A stretch of DNA of 63,664 nucleotides, counting the filler, from Chiloscyllium plagiosum (taxonomy: Eukaryota), in assembly GCF_004010195.1 (NCBI RefSeq). It is 4 parts of one record of this genome, joined end to end, with 100 filler letters (N's around TTAATTAATTAA, not from the genome) between each part and the next. Parts side by side here need not be neighbours in the genome. Positions count along the whole stretch, not along the records: positions 30,670 to 48,073 come from NC_057712.1; positions 48,174 to 61,183 come from NC_057712.1; 2 more parts are not named here. One strand, given 5' to 3'. Shown here one piece after another: positions 38,615-51,581 of the stretch. Both the position numbers and the translations under genes were made by a program. The notes below the pieces were generated by a model. It was not told the origin of the DNA. It did not search any database and saw only the letters and a list, made by a program, of their open reading frames with translations. Each line of letters starts with the position of its first letter. The first letter of the stretch is position 1.

Positions 38615-39932
38615 TAAATGAAGGTAAAGCAGTAGGCCTTGTCTACTTGAATTTTAGCAAGGCCTTCAACAAGGTCCACATGGTAGACTGGTTAATAAGG
38701 TTAGATCACGTAGGATTCAGGGAGAGCTCGCCAGAGTGCTGCAAGGATCGGTGCTAGGTCCTGTTGTTTGTCATTTATATAAACAATTTGGATGAGATTA
38801 ATAACCTTTAGGAGGCATGATCAATAAGTCTGCTAATGACACCGAAATTGATGGTATAAAAAGTAAAAAAAAAAAGGTTATCTCAGAATACAATGGGATC
38901 TTGATCAACTGGGCCAGTGATCCAAGGAATGGCAGATAGAATTTAAATATGAGGTGTTACATTTTGGTAAGACAAACCAGGGCAGGACTTACACAGTTAA
39001 TAGTAGGGCTCTGGGGAGTGTTGTCGAACAGATTGCAGGTAAATACTTCCTTGAAAGTGGGGTCACAGGTAAACAGGGTGGTGAAGAAGGTATTTGTTAA
39101 GCTTGCTTTCTTTGGTCAGAGCACTGAGTACAGGAATTGGGATGTCATGTTGCAGCTGGACAATACATTGGTTAGGTCACATTTGGAGTACTGTCTTGCT
39201 ATAGAAAGGATAGTATTAAATTGGAAAGGGTACAAAAAAGATTTACAAGTGGGCGGCACTTGGCACAGTGGTTAGCACTGCTGCCTCACAGCGCCAGAGA
39301 CCCGGGTTCAATTCCCNNNNNNAGGTGAATTGGCCATGCTAAATTGCCCGTAGTGTTAGGTAATAAGGGGTAAATGTAGGGGTATGGGTGGGTTGCGCTT
39401 CGGCGGGTCGGTGTGGACTTGTTGGGCCGAAGGGCCTGTTTCCACACTGTAAATAATCTAATCTAAAAAAAAAGTATGTTACCAAGACTGAAGGATTTGA
39501 ATTATTAGAAGCTGGAGAGGCTGGCACTTTTTCCTTCGAGTTTAGGAGGCTGAGGGGTGACATTTTAGAGGTGTATAAAATCATGAGGGACATAGATAGG
39601 GTGAATAGACAAGGTCTTTTCTCCAGATTAGGTGAATTCAGAACTAGAGGGCATAGGTTTAAGGTGAGAGGGGAAAGATTTAAAAGGGACCCGAGTGGAA
39701 ACTTTTTCACGCGGAAGGTGGTGCGGATATGGAACAGTAGAGGAATTGGTAAAGATCGGGTACAATTACAACATTTAAAAGACATTTAGACAGTACATGA
39801 ATAGGAAGGGTTTAGAGGGATATGGCTCAATCCAGGCAAATAGAATTAGTTTAGTTTTGGAAACCTGGCACGGTTGAGTTGGGCTGAAGGGTCTGTTTCC
39901 ATGCTGTATCACTCCTTGACTCTATGACTCTA
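38615..39932 (+). mobile_element. CR1 fragment (RT to tail), split by SINE
   Basis: FSKAFNKV, QGSVLGP, LVRSHLEYC, VYKIMR..TRGHRFKV; tail gactctatgactctat. Confidence 0.88.
39251..39465 (+). mobile_element. HE1-like SINE (contains 6-N gap at 39317-39322)
   Basis: gggcggcact..gggttcaattccc head; taatctaatcta tail. Confidence 0.88.
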
Positions 39933-41608
39933 TTTGCATAAGAACTATCTGTATTAGAATCAGAATTTCTATATCAACCATTCAATACATCATGAACAGT
40001 TGAAATATTTTGTAATGACTATCTAGATTGACCAAAAACCCTCATTCATGTAATGAATTATGGTGTTTTCAAAGGATATGCCAGACTTTCAGAAAAAGAT
40101 ACACCTGCTAACATTTTCAAAGGTGTTTTAGAATAAAATCAATGCTCTGCTGTTAAAATTTTTCATCAAAACATTACAGATTATGGAGCAATGCGATAAA
40201 CACATTTAAAGTTATGAAAGTGTATGACAGGCAGCTAGAAACTGACTGCTTTCATGGAGATTGGGAATCTGGAATGAGGGCCACAAAAATAAGATTAAAA
40301 TGTAAGGGATTTAGAACAAACAGCAGGATAACTTTTCAGAGAGAGCTAAGAAGCAATGAATTTCACTTTTGGGATTGTAGTTGAGGCACGAATTATATAT
40401 TGGATTAGATAAATGGATGAAAGACTAAGAAAAAGAATTGTGCCTGGGTGAGTAAATATGTTCAGGAGTATTCGCTCAGATGAAGGTTCAACATCAACAA
40501 CTTTTTGGACTGAAATGTTGTGGGATTTTTTTGTCGTAACTACTCTGTATTATGGCAACCCCACACATATTATAGTGATTTGGTTTCACTGGATAGAGTT
40601 AGCAATAACTTTAACCAGTTAATGGGCTTGGCTGGAGGTGAAAACCCTATGAATGGGACTGAAGCACAAAAGGATCCTGAAATTCACCTGAACCCGCCCA
40701 GTACATTTCAACCTTAAAACTTAATTTATTCCTAGGATGTAGAGGAGAGAGACATTGAAAGGAAATGTGCATCGTGTCTAGAGTTACTCTGCACACTAAA
40801 ATTTTATCAGACCAGAAGTGGACCCAATGATAGGTCTGGAATCCAGGGAAAACAGCCTCGGTGACTTGTGGTTCACCAGTCATGTTTTCCAGTCATTCAG
40901 CGACCTAATTAGTTGCCAGTGAGGATGCATGAGTGTCCGTTCCTAAGATCTGTCACCTTTTGGAGAACCAACAGCTCAACAGCATTACTGGAAGTGGTGG
41001 CAAATGCTGGGACTACACCTGGAAGAGGTGGATGCCACTGAAGGATGCAGCCCTCCCATCAAGCTAAATGGGATCAGAGGTCAAGGGAATCCGAGGCAGG
41101 AATGCTTTGGTGAAGGGTGTTGTCATTACCATAGGGATGGACAATTACTGCCAGGGGCTCTGCTGCAGACCATAGTATGCCATAAATCTAATTAGCTCCC
41201 ACCATGCCCAAGGTGAGCTGCATTGGGGGAGCTAATTAGGTTTCCTCAGGCATTCTTCCTAGATGCAGCAGTAAAACTTCAGTAACAGGTGGAAGAGGCC
41301 ATTAACTGGCCACTTAAGTAGCTCTATTAGCTTTTGGGTTGGAGGACTACTGTCCACCTTGCCAACGGTTCTTAATGGTCTTGATGTCAAGGAAGCAATT
41401 GGCATTCAACTCTCACCTTCTCCCATTATTTTACAGCCTCTCATCATTTTATGCTCTTACCCACCCCCTCACCCTCTAAGCCCATCTCTAAAACGTTTAT
41501 AAAAGTAGTCTTTTGTTTGACCTACTGGCAGTTGTTAACTGTTACGACACAAGGGAGAAGTAGTTGCCAACAGTTTATTAAGCCACTGTATAAAACCTGT
41601 TTACTTAC

Positions 41609-41683
41609 AGAGGTAGGACACTTCAGTTTGGTTCGGTTATGGGTAAAATTATTGTAATTTTGCTTGTGTCCAGTTCGTTCCAG
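41609..41683 (-). CDS. PLB1: Phospholipase B1-like, penultimate exon (75 nt, phase 0-0)
   Basis: ttctatttcctgcag|[25 protein letters not shown]|gtaagt; matches recalled human LEPVGRKTTSNNFTHSRAKLKCPSP. Confidence 0.93.
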
Positions 41684-42046
41684 CTGCAGGAAATAGAATT
41701 TTTAAAAATCAATAAATAAAAATGCATGTGTTTGAATGAGAATGAGGAGAGAGACTGGTGTGTAAGTTTTTAAAAATACATTAATGGAATGTTGGCATCT
41801 CTGGCAGTGGGACAACATTTATTGGCAATGCCTAATTACCCTGGAGAAGGTGGGGGTAAGCTATTTATTTGAACTAATGCAATCCCTTGGGGATGTTGAG
41901 AGATCCATAGTGTTGTCTGGAGGTCATTACAGGACTTTGGCTTTGTAAAAATGAAGGCATGGTCATAAATCTCCAAGTACAGGATGATATGTGGCTTGGA
42001 GGAATTCATGCAAGTGCTGGTGACAACTGCTGCCCTTGTCCTCATC

Positions 42047-42349
42047 CTAGAACCCTACAGTGTGGAAGCAGACTAGGTGACCCATTTAGTCCACACTGAC
42101 CCCACCGAAGAGCATCCCATCCAGAACCAACCCCCATAATACCCCTGTAACCCTGCATTTCTCATAGCTGCTCCACCTAGCCTACACATCTTCAGACTCT
42201 GGGAGGAAACCCAGAGCACCCAAAGGAAACCCAAAGAGCCTCAGGGAGAATGTGCGAACTACACATAGACAGTCACCTGAGGGTGGAATCAAACCTAAGT
42301 CCTTGGCACTGTGAGGCAGCAGTGCTAACCACTGAGCCACCGTGCAGCC
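42047..42349 (-). mobile_element. HE1-like SINE
   Basis: Reverse head ggctgcacggtggctcagtggttagcactgctgcctcacag. Confidence 0.85.
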
Positions 42350-44134
42350 TTAGTGATAGAGATTGGGGGTTTGGAAAATGCTGTTGGAGCAGCCTTGGTG
42401 AATTTCTACATCGTGTAGATGGTAAATTCTGGATGGTGTTTAGCTTCTTGTGTTGTTGGAGCTGCATTCATCCAGGCAAATGAAGACTATCTCATCACAG
42501 TATTGTCAATCACCACGTAGATGGTGGAGAGGTTTGGGGAAACAGGAGATGAACTACTCGCTGCAGACACCCTCTGAACTGCTTTTGTAACCACAGAATA
42601 CCTGGTCCAGTTCAGTTTCTGGTCATTGGCAACTCTGTTGTTTAAAAAAAAACATCAGCACAGGTTCATATTTATTAGCACAAGTGTTTTTTTTCCTGGA
42701 AACAGCCACTTGCTGACACTTGTAAAATCTAAGAATATTAACAGCCTGAGAACTCCATTATTGAAATATGAAAATGTAGCTCATAATTACTTAAATGAAA
42801 AATATAATGTTGCTCTAAATAATCTATTTACATGGCATTGTCGTAAGTCCATGAGAGACATAGGAGCTGAAATAGTTCATTCAGCCCATCAAGTCTGCTC
42901 TGCCATTCTTTGAGATAATGGCTGATCTGATAATGCTCAGCTCCATTTTCCTGCCTTCTCCCCATAATCTTTGATTTCCTTACTGATTAAAAGTATGTTT
43001 ATCTCAATCATGACTATACTTAATAACCCAGTCTCAACAGCTATCGGCAATAAAGAATTCACAGATTCATTACCTTCAGAGAAGAAACTCCGTCTCATCT
43101 CTGACTTGAATGTACAGTCCCTTATTCTGAGATGATGCCCTCTTGTCATAGACTCTCCCTAGACTCTCCCACAAGGGGAAAACAACCTTTCCGCATCAAC
43201 CCTGCCAAGTCCTCTAAGAATCTTGTATGTTTCAATGAGGTCACTGCTCATACTTCTAAAATCCAATGAGTCCAGGCCCAACTTTCTCAACATCTCTTCA
43301 TAAGATAGTCCCTGTATACATGGTATCCGTCTAGTGAACCTTCTTTGCCACTAACATCAGAATATCCTTTCTTAGATAAGTGGCCCAGAACTGCTCACAG
43401 TATTTCAGCTGTGGTTTGACTAGTGTCTTTTACAGTATTAGCTATAAAGTATACTTTATATATTTTTGTACTCAATTTCTTTGAAATAAAAGCTAACATT
43501 CCAATGCCTTCTCTTTTATGTGCTGAACCTGGATGCTAGCATTTTGTGGGTTATGGACAAAGACTCCCAATTCCATCTGTGCGGTAGCTCTTTGCATTAG
43601 TTTTCTATTTAAATTACATTCAGCTCCTACATTGTTCCTGCCACAGTGCAAAATCAACATTTCCCCACATTGTATTCCATTTACAAAGTTTTTCCCCACT
43701 CATACAACCTGTCTATATCCCTCTGTAGTTTCTTTGTGTCATCCTCATCACTTGCCTTCCCACCTATTTCTGTGTCATCTGCAAACTTGGGGTTTGTGCA
43801 TTCACTTTCCAAGTCATTACTATATACTGTATAGTAAATAACTGTGACTCCAGCACTGATCCCTATGGCAGTCCATGAGCTTACAGCTTACCACCCTGAA
43901 AATGTCCCCCTTACCTCAATCTTCTGTCCTTGTTAATATACTATCTCCAACATCAGGGGCTCTTATCTCATTAAGTAGTCTAAAGTGTGGCACTTTCTGA
44001 AAATCTAAACATATTACATCCACGGTTTCCCCATTTATCTATTCTACTTGTTACCTCCTTGAAGAATTTTAGAAAATTCATCAGGCGTGATTTCCCCTTC
44101 ATGAAGCCATGCTGAGTCTACTTAATCTTAATAT

Positions 44135-44404
44135 TAATAATCTTAATAAGTGAAACTATCACTGTATTCTAACAGATGAAAGGCTTAACAGACAATCAAT
44201 TTTTCAATGTATAATTTCAGTTACATCACACTGCAAATTTTTGCTATAAATTCTGTGTTACGATCGAGCCCTCCACAATCACCTGATGAAGGAGCGTCAC
44301 TCCGAAAGCTAGTATGCTTCCAATTAAACCTGTTGGACTATAACCTGGTGTTGTATGATTTTTAACTTTGTACACCCCAGTCCAACACCGGCATCTCCAA
44401 ATCA
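44135..44404 (+). mobile_element. Family-C Penelope terminus inserted in CR1
   Basis: 13-bp TSD ttaatcttaatat (44122-44134, 44405-44417); same body as right arm of 7941-8281. Confidence 0.8.
44283..44311 (+). ncRNA. Minimal hammerhead motif (AGCU variant)
   Basis: AC-CUGAUGA-A-GGAG(CGUCA)CUCC-GAAA-GCUA-GU. Confidence 0.65.
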
Positions 44405-44914
44405 TTAATCTTAATATGTTTTTCTAATCGCTCTGCTATTACATCCTGTATAGAGGACTCTAATGTTTCCCCAGTGATCGTCACTGGCTGCCTCCTTCTC
44501 TTTTTGAATAAATGCGTTACACTGACAGTTATCTGATCCTCAGGGACTTTTCCAGAATGTAAAGATTCTTGGAAAATTACTATCAGTGCATCCACTATCT
44601 CTGTAGATACTTCTTTTACTGTTCAAGGATGTGTCCCATTAAGTTCAGGGAACTATCAGCCTTTAGCCCAATTAGTTTCCCTAGTAGATTTTCTCTAATG
44701 TTAGTTATTGTATTTAGTTCCTCTCCGCATTTTATTCCTTGATTATTTAGTATTTTTGGAATGCTATTAATGTCCTCTATTGTGAAGACCGATGCAATGT
44801 ATCTAATCAAATCCTCTGCCATTTCTCCAGCCTCATTTTCTAAGGAGCCATTGTTCATTTTGGCGACTCATTTTCTTTTTCTTTATACATAAAGAAGCTT
44901 TTTCTGATATGTTA

Positions 44915-45232
44915 TTAGATTAGATTCCCTACAGTGCGGAAACAGGCCCTTCGGCCCAACAAGTCCACACCGACCTTCCAAAGAGTAACCCAACAGACCC
45001 ATTCACCTGCTCCCTACTAATGCATCCATCACTATGGGCAACTTAGCATGGCCAATTCACCTGACCCAAACATCTTTGGACTGTGGGAGGAAACTGGAGC
45101 ACCCGGAGAAACCCACACAGACACAGGGAGAATGTGCAAACTCCACGTGTACAGTCACCCGAGGCTGGAATCGAACCCTGGTCCCTGGCACTGCGAGGCA
45201 GCAGTGCTAACCACTGAGCCACTGTGCAGCCC
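44915..45232 (-). mobile_element. HE1-like SINE
   Basis: Full head, body and aatctaatctaa tail in reverse; a partial copy follows at ~45350-45590. Confidence 0.9.
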
Positions 45233-46274
45233 CTAAAAATGTGGTTCTTTGTGATCAAGGACGCTAATAGATTTTAAAGGCTTTTGAGTATATTGTTTCT
45301 CAGTTTACTAAGGCATTGATTACTGCATCTAAATATCACAAGAAAATATTCAGAGAATCCCCACAGACACCAACCCTCTAAAGAATATCCAACTCAGACC
45401 CACCCCCTCCCTGTAACCACACATTCCCCATGTCTCACCCACCTAGCCTGCACATCACAATGGGCAATTTAGCATGGCCAATCCACCTCACCTACACATT
45501 TTTGGACTGCGGGAGGAAGCCCACAAGGCATGGGGAGAATGTACAAGCGCCACACAGACACTCACCCAAAGTTGGAATTGAACCCAGGTCTATTAGTTTA
45601 CCCTCAAAATTTATTTTCTTCCTCTTTATCACTGATGGGAAAAATCTCACTCAAAGTATTTTTTTTCCCATTGGTAATGCCATGTCCAAACAGAAATATC
45701 AAAATTATTGAATTACAAGTTATTACAAAATTTAATAGTATAGAGAAAGGCCATTCAGGTCATGGTGTGTGCTTCACATGAGCCTTCTTCAACCTATATT
45801 ATGTAACTCTAAAAAATATAACCTATTCCTATCTGATGTGCTTATGCTTAAAATGTGTGTATGCTGCTCAACAACTCCATGAAACAGTGAGTTCATATTC
45901 CAGCCAGTAGCTAAATTGAGCGGTTTCTTCTGAATTTCCTATTGATTTTGTTAGTATAATGGCTCCTAATTCTGGTCTCTCCACAAGTAGAAACTTGTGC
46001 TACCAAGAATTTTAATAATATTCAAGACTTCTATCATGTCACCCCTCAAGTCTTCTCTTATCTAGGAAAAAAAGGGCCAGTCTGCTCAATCTTTCCTGAT
46101 AGGTATGGCCCTTCTCTTCTGGTAATGGTCTAGCAAATTGTTTGCACCCTCTCTCGTGCTTCAATTTGCTTTCATGAAATGGTAACAAGAACAGTTATTT
46201 GTTCTTTCATGAGGCGTGGGCATCACTGACAAGGCCAGCATTTGTTGCCAATTCCTAATTTTTAAAAATGGGAA

Positions 46275-46455
46275 ATCACCATAGTCTGATCTGTTACAAC
46301 TGGTGGTGATTTCACTTGAGGGTCGCCTCGAGGGTAGACATTAAGAAGGAAGGGCCTTTGTAGTAACTTCACCTAGTGCAGGAATTGAACCCTCACTGTT
46401 GGCATCACTCTGCATCGCAGACCCTGGATCCCCAGCTGATTGCACTAACTGACCC
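46275..46455 (-). mobile_element. tRNA-derived SINE (same family as 23105-23298)
   Basis: caggaattgaaccc (reverse B box), shared ctggtggtg body. Confidence 0.55.
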
Positions 46456-46869
46456 TTAGTTGTCAATCCCTAACTGCCCCGGAACTAAGTGATTTTCGCC
46501 AGTTCTCAAGGTCTAAGTAACATTCGTTGCATGTTTAACAGAATTTGTCTGCTTTTCAATTCTATCCCTCTTGAAGTGTATGCCAATAAGTTTTAATTTG
46601 CTCTGACAACTATTTTCAGCACGTTAGTCCATACATAACAATTCTGCCGCCTACAGGGAGAGAAATGAATCTCTGTTGTGCACTTCTGGAGAAAATGCTG
46701 GGCTTTCATTTTCATTAACGAGATCTCAGGCTTCAGTAGCTGATCAAGAAGTGGTGAAAATTGGGTGGTCATTTTTGAGAGACTGAATTGGATGCGGTAC
46801 AAAACTCAAGTCACCACCACTGAACAACGTGCTTAATGAGATTATTGACATTTAAGGAGGAAGCAATAC

Positions 46870-46965
46870 CATATTGTTCCACAAGCCAATTGCCATCTCA
46901 GCTTGTCCTCGTTCACTTAAATGGAAGCAATCGACTGAAAAGAAGCTCAGGTCTGGATGGCCAAT
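46870..46965 (-). CDS. PLB1: Phospholipase B1-like exon with catalytic DxxH motif (96 nt, phase 0-0)
   Basis: ctctgtttttttcag|[32 protein letters not shown]|gtattg; matches recalled human DLTFFSEDCFHFSDRGHAEMAIALWNNM. Confidence 0.95.
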
Positions 46966-47154
46966 CTGAAAAAAACAGAGGACATTGTTCAAAACAAAGT
47001 AGTTTTCTACTGAACTAAAAATATATAATGTATGTCATTGGTGGGGGTTATATTAGGTTAATATGTGGAGCGTTTGATGAGAAGAAAGTGCTAGGTCAAG
47101 TAAGTTTAATAGAAAAACAGGCAGGACCTGGTTAATGAACATGGCAGTTCTAGT

Positions 47155-47780
47155 GGTCTGAAATGTATTTATTTTAACGCAATGAGTAACAGGTAATGCA
47201 GATGAGATTAGAGCCAGGATTAGTACATAGGACGATTTTGGTTGAGAGAAGGACAGCACAATGTTCCAGGGTTTAGATGCTTCAGTGTTTATAGAGAGGG
47301 TTGTAAAAGGGATGTGGGAGTTGTATTACTGATTAAGGAAAACGTCACAGTTGTACTAAGAGAGATATCTTGGAGGACTGATCCAGCAAAGCCACGTGGG
47401 TAGAAAATAGAAATAAGAAAGGTGCAATCACTATGATGAGGTTATACTATAAGTTTGCTAATAGCCAGCAGGAAAGAGAGGAACAGTATGTAAGCAGATC
47501 ATGGAAAGATATAAAAACAACAGCATTATTGTAGTCAGTTCCCCAATTTTCACTGGGATTCCATTAGTGCAAGGGGCTTAGATGGGGCAGAATTTGTTAG
47601 ATGCAATCAGGATGGACTCTTGAATCCATATGTAGATAGTCCACCTAGGGAAGGAGGCAGATTAGACCATGTATTGGGGCATTAGCTTGGCCAGGTGGTT
47701 GAAGTTTCAGTTGGGGAGCATTTTGGGAACAGTGATCATAATTCCATAAGTTTTAAGGTAGTGATGGAAAAGGACAAGAC
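47155..47780 (+). mobile_element. CR1 ORF2 endonuclease remnant
   Basis: LKCIYFNA..ADE.RA, VEVSVGEHFGNSDHNSISFKV. Confidence 0.8.
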
Positions 47781-48073
47781 TGAGAGCGGCGGGAGCTGGG
47801 CGGAAGTTCAGGCGGAGCGCAAAGCCGGCCGGTCGGGATTGCTATTAGAGGGGCTGAGTTCTAAACCCCAGGCCCTACAAAGTAGGGTCTCCCTCCCTCC
47901 CTCCTCCTCTAACCTAAATTAAGAGTCCACAGACTTGCCACAAAAAGAGGGTCAAAGGAAGTTTGGATCGAAGAGTGAGGCTTCAGCTCAGGAATCTTTG
48001 ACAAGGAGGTTGAGTGAAGTGATTACGCCACAGCTGAAGAGGGTGAAGACATGACTGCCAAGCTGGTTCAGTG

Positions 48074-48173
48074 NNNNNNNNNNNNNNNNNNNNNNNNNNN
48101 NNNNNNNNNNNNNNNNNTTAATTAATTAANNNNNNNNNNNNNNNNNNNNNNNNNNNNNNNNNNNNNNNNNNNN
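48074..48173. other. Artificial scaffold gap
   Basis: 44 N + TTAATTAATTAA + 44 N. Confidence 0.98.
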
Positions 48174-49130
48174 TCCCAAGCAGTCCTAGCAAATCTCCCT
48201 GCCAGTATATTAGTCCCCTTCCAATTTAGTTGCAATCTGTCCTTCTTGTACAGGGATCTTCTACCCCAAAAGAGATTCCAATGATCCAAAAATGTGAATC
48301 CTTCTCCCATACACCAGCTCCTCAGCCATGCATTCATCTGCTCTATCCTCCTATTCCTGCCCTCATTAGCTTGAAGCATCGGGTGTAATTCATATATTAC
48401 TACCCTTGATGACCTCCTTTTAAAATTTCTGCCTAACTCTCTGTAATCTCCCTTCAGAGTCTCAACCTTTTCCTTTCCTAAATCATTGGTTCCAATGTGG
48501 ACAATGACCTCCTGCTGGCCCCTCTCCCCCGTGAGAACATTCTGCACCCTCTCTGAGACATCCTTGATCCTGGCACCAGGAAAACAACACACCATTCTGC
48601 TTTTTCTCTGCTGGACACAGTAACGTCTGTCTGTACTTCTGACTACAGAATCCCCTAACACAATTGATCTCTTGGAAGCTGACGTACGCCTCGTTGCATT
48701 AGAGCCAGTCTCAATACCAGGAACTTGGCTGTTGTGCTACATTCCCCTGAGAATCCATCACCCCCTACATTATCCAAAACAGCATACCTGTTTGAAATGG
48801 GTATATCCACAAAAGACTCCTGCCCTAGGTGCCTAACTCTCTTACCCTTCCTGGAGTTAACCCATCTATGTGAGACTTCCCCCTCTTCCTATAACTGCCA
48901 TCCATCCATACTGTTTCTGTTGCAAATTCCTGTTCGCTTCTCAGTGTCTCTCCAACTGATCCATGCGATCTGATAAGATTCGCATCCAACAGCATTTATG
49001 GCAGATATAATCCACAGTAACCCTTAAACTCTCTTTAAACTCCCACATCTGACAAGAAGTACATATCACTGCAAAGGCCATTTTTGCTCCTTCACAATCT
49101 ACAGACCCAGAAAATAACACCGTCATATTC
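48174..49130 (-). mobile_element. CR1 ORF1 (zinc-finger/leucine-zipper region plus SGNH esterase domain)
   Basis: CTSCQMWE..YICHKC..LSDRMDQLE; GDSVVR..CFPGA..HIGTND..DRLQLN, the CR1 ORF1p esterase layout. Confidence 0.88.
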
Positions 49131-49719
49131 CTCTACAAAATACTGCACCAGGTTAAATTAATAGCTATGGCTTATATTTTAAGTTTAATCAAGAGACTTA
49201 TCTCCAAAAACATATAATCAAGAAAGAACCCACTGTACTCACTACTGCAGCCTTACTATTGGACAGACTTAAAACAATGATTAACTTATCTGATTTTGTG
49301 TTGTGAACTTCGCACAAACAGGTTCCTCCAAGATTAATTGCGAAATTCACTGTTTGTTTATTTTACTAGACGCACTCCGATGTCCAGCGATACATGAAGT
49401 GCTCAAGACAGAGTGCTGGCACTCTAACAGCTCTGTGCCTTTGGATGTCACAGCCCTTGTGACTTCTCTATTGATACCTTGAATACAAACGATGTCTATT
49501 GGTAACCTACCTGCTAAAGAACCTTTACTGGTGCAAGATTACTCTTGCAATGATGCAGACATCAGATCAAATGAGGTGGCAGTAACAGTGTTTAACAATT
49601 CCAAGAAAGATGATTCTTGGAGTTTACAATTTATGCCAACTTGACTCATTTGGTAGCAGTCTTGTCTCTAGACTGGAAGGTTATGTGTTAAAATTTCATG
49701 CCAACCTTATAGATGAGTG

Positions 49720-51110
49720 TTAGCTGTGACTCAGCTGGAAGCAATCTGGCATCACGTTCGTCGGTTCAAGTCCCACTACAAACTTTAAAAGCTGATCTCA
49801 AGGTTGACACTCTGATTCAGTACGGAGAAGCACTAGACCATTAGAGGTGCTGTCACAGAAGACTACAGCAAGAAAAAGAATCTTCAGCCCATCTAGTCTG
49901 TGCTGACCTATCCTAATCCTGTTTTCCAACACTTTGCCCATTTCATTGTATGCCTTGGCACTGACAGCTAAATATTCTGAAATGTAATGAGGGTTTCTTA
50001 CTGGCAGTGAGTTCCAGAACCTCACCAGCTTCTAAGCGAAAAACGTTCCTCACATCTCCTGTAAATATCCTGCCTCCCAATCTCTCCCACTCCCTCTCTG
50101 AGTTCTCAGACTCTGTCTACTGAGGTTTCTGGGGTGAAATGTTAAACTGATGGGGCCATTTGCTGGCTAGGCAAATATAAATTATCCCATGATGTTGTTC
50201 TGTGATTTTGTTTATTTTGTCAAGGAGGTGCACTTTCTGTACAGGTGTGCAGGTTTCTCAGCCTCTGACCTGCTTTTGTAGCCACAGTATTTATCGAATT
50301 GAGGTCCAATTCAATTTCAGGCCAACGCCTGTGATAGTTACCTGCATTAAAACAGACAAAGACTCGAGCATTGTTGAAAAATGACCAACTTTGTTGAAGC
50401 TTGTCATCTTATGCTCATCAGGAATAACAATATAAAAGGGAACAACTTTTTATACTGTGTGAGACGAAAGTGCTGATTGGTTGGCAAGTCAACTCTGACT
50501 GGTAGAGGTGTTGTTACAGAGAATGCACCAGTTTGATGATAACTGACAGTTAACTGCCACGTTTCGTGAACTTGATTTCTCCCCATGCAGAATAAATAGT
50601 TGTTCTCTCTTATGTTGTTTTCTTGTGAAGGTCCTGATGATTACAAGGTGCAAAGCGTTGACACGTGTGTCCTTTTTGCAGCAATACAAACTAAAACCCA
50701 ACGCCGTCTGGGCCCTATATTGTACGGCCCTGCTTCTTTTTGCAGCCTCTGGCTCATTTCTAGAGTGGATTGTGGTAAAGGGGAAGGCGAAGCAGGACAT
50801 AGCAGGAGAAGTGGTATAAAGACTGGAGGGAAGTGAGATAGCAGTAAGGGGTCAGCAAAGGATAAGAAAATGGGAGTGAGTGGAGCCACTGGTGAGTTTT
50901 TAATGTATGTAGCATGATGTAAGCAGTTGGAGGAACCATGCAAGTTGGCAGCCAAAGTGAGGGAGCATATTGCCGTCTACTATCTAGTGACAGTGTTGGT
51001 TCACGAAAATGCTGGGAAAGTTATCTCTATTATTCTGGCCAATACTTATTCCTCAATCTATCTTCCAAAACAGATTCCATAGTCAGAGGTGAAGGGAGTC
51101 ATTCAACTCA
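49720..51110 (+). mobile_element. Fragmented DeuSINE-like element
   Basis: tRNA-like head (ggttcaagtccc, 49763), Deu-like pieces at ~49800-49855, ~50130-50195, ~51015-51075; family from recall. Confidence 0.4.
50368..50688. mobile_element. Old inverted-terminus element with degenerate CTGATGA motifs (family E)
   Basis: Left reverse cctgatgagcataagatgacaagcttcaac..gtcatttt vs right cctgatgattacaaggtgcaaagcgttgac..gtcctttt. Confidence 0.5.
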
Positions 51111-51581
51111 TTATATCTGTGCCAGCTCTCTGCAAAAGCAACTCCTCTTACTGGCCCTTCCTTTGTTCCTATAGCACAGCACTGTTTTTTTTTCTTGTTT
51201 CTTGGTAAAATAAACAGCAAAAGGAGCAGCAGGAACACTTCCAAAGCAAATCAATACAAATGCTGGCAGTCAGATAAAAGCAGGGAATGCATGATGGAAA
51301 CTCTCAGAAAGTCGCACAACATTTGTGGAGAGGAAAGCAGTGTCAATGACCTATCCTCGGAGTTGGAAAAAGTTAGAAATGAAGCAGGAAGCCTCGAACC
51401 AGAGAGAAGGATAGATTCTATCTTGTTGCTTCCAGAATTGCTCAAAAACAATAGAGGATGTTACAACAGGCAAAAAATTGACAAAATTGGAGAGAATGAT
51501 TTACTCAATACCAAAATCCTTCAGCTTCAGCAACAAAGCTAAATAAACATCAGGCCAGTACCTTGCTATTGACATTGGGCA

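Larger units (their letters stand above)
42850..44900 (-). mobile_element. Degraded CR1 ORF2 fragment
   Basis: DALIVIFQESL.SGKVPED, HGFMKGKS, KFADDT, TRGHHLRI. Confidence 0.85.

Noticed and set aside
40620..41480. GC-richer stretches here and at ~13700-14600 and ~24480-25300 resembling old DNA-transposon debris
   Set aside because: No terminal repeats or protein motifs that I can demonstrate
50631..50774. Apparent plus-strand exon (polypyrimidine..ag|VLMITRCK..LEWIV|gtaaag)
   Set aside because: Its 5' part is the right inverted terminus of the 50368-50688 repeat; no recognisable protein and no partner exons
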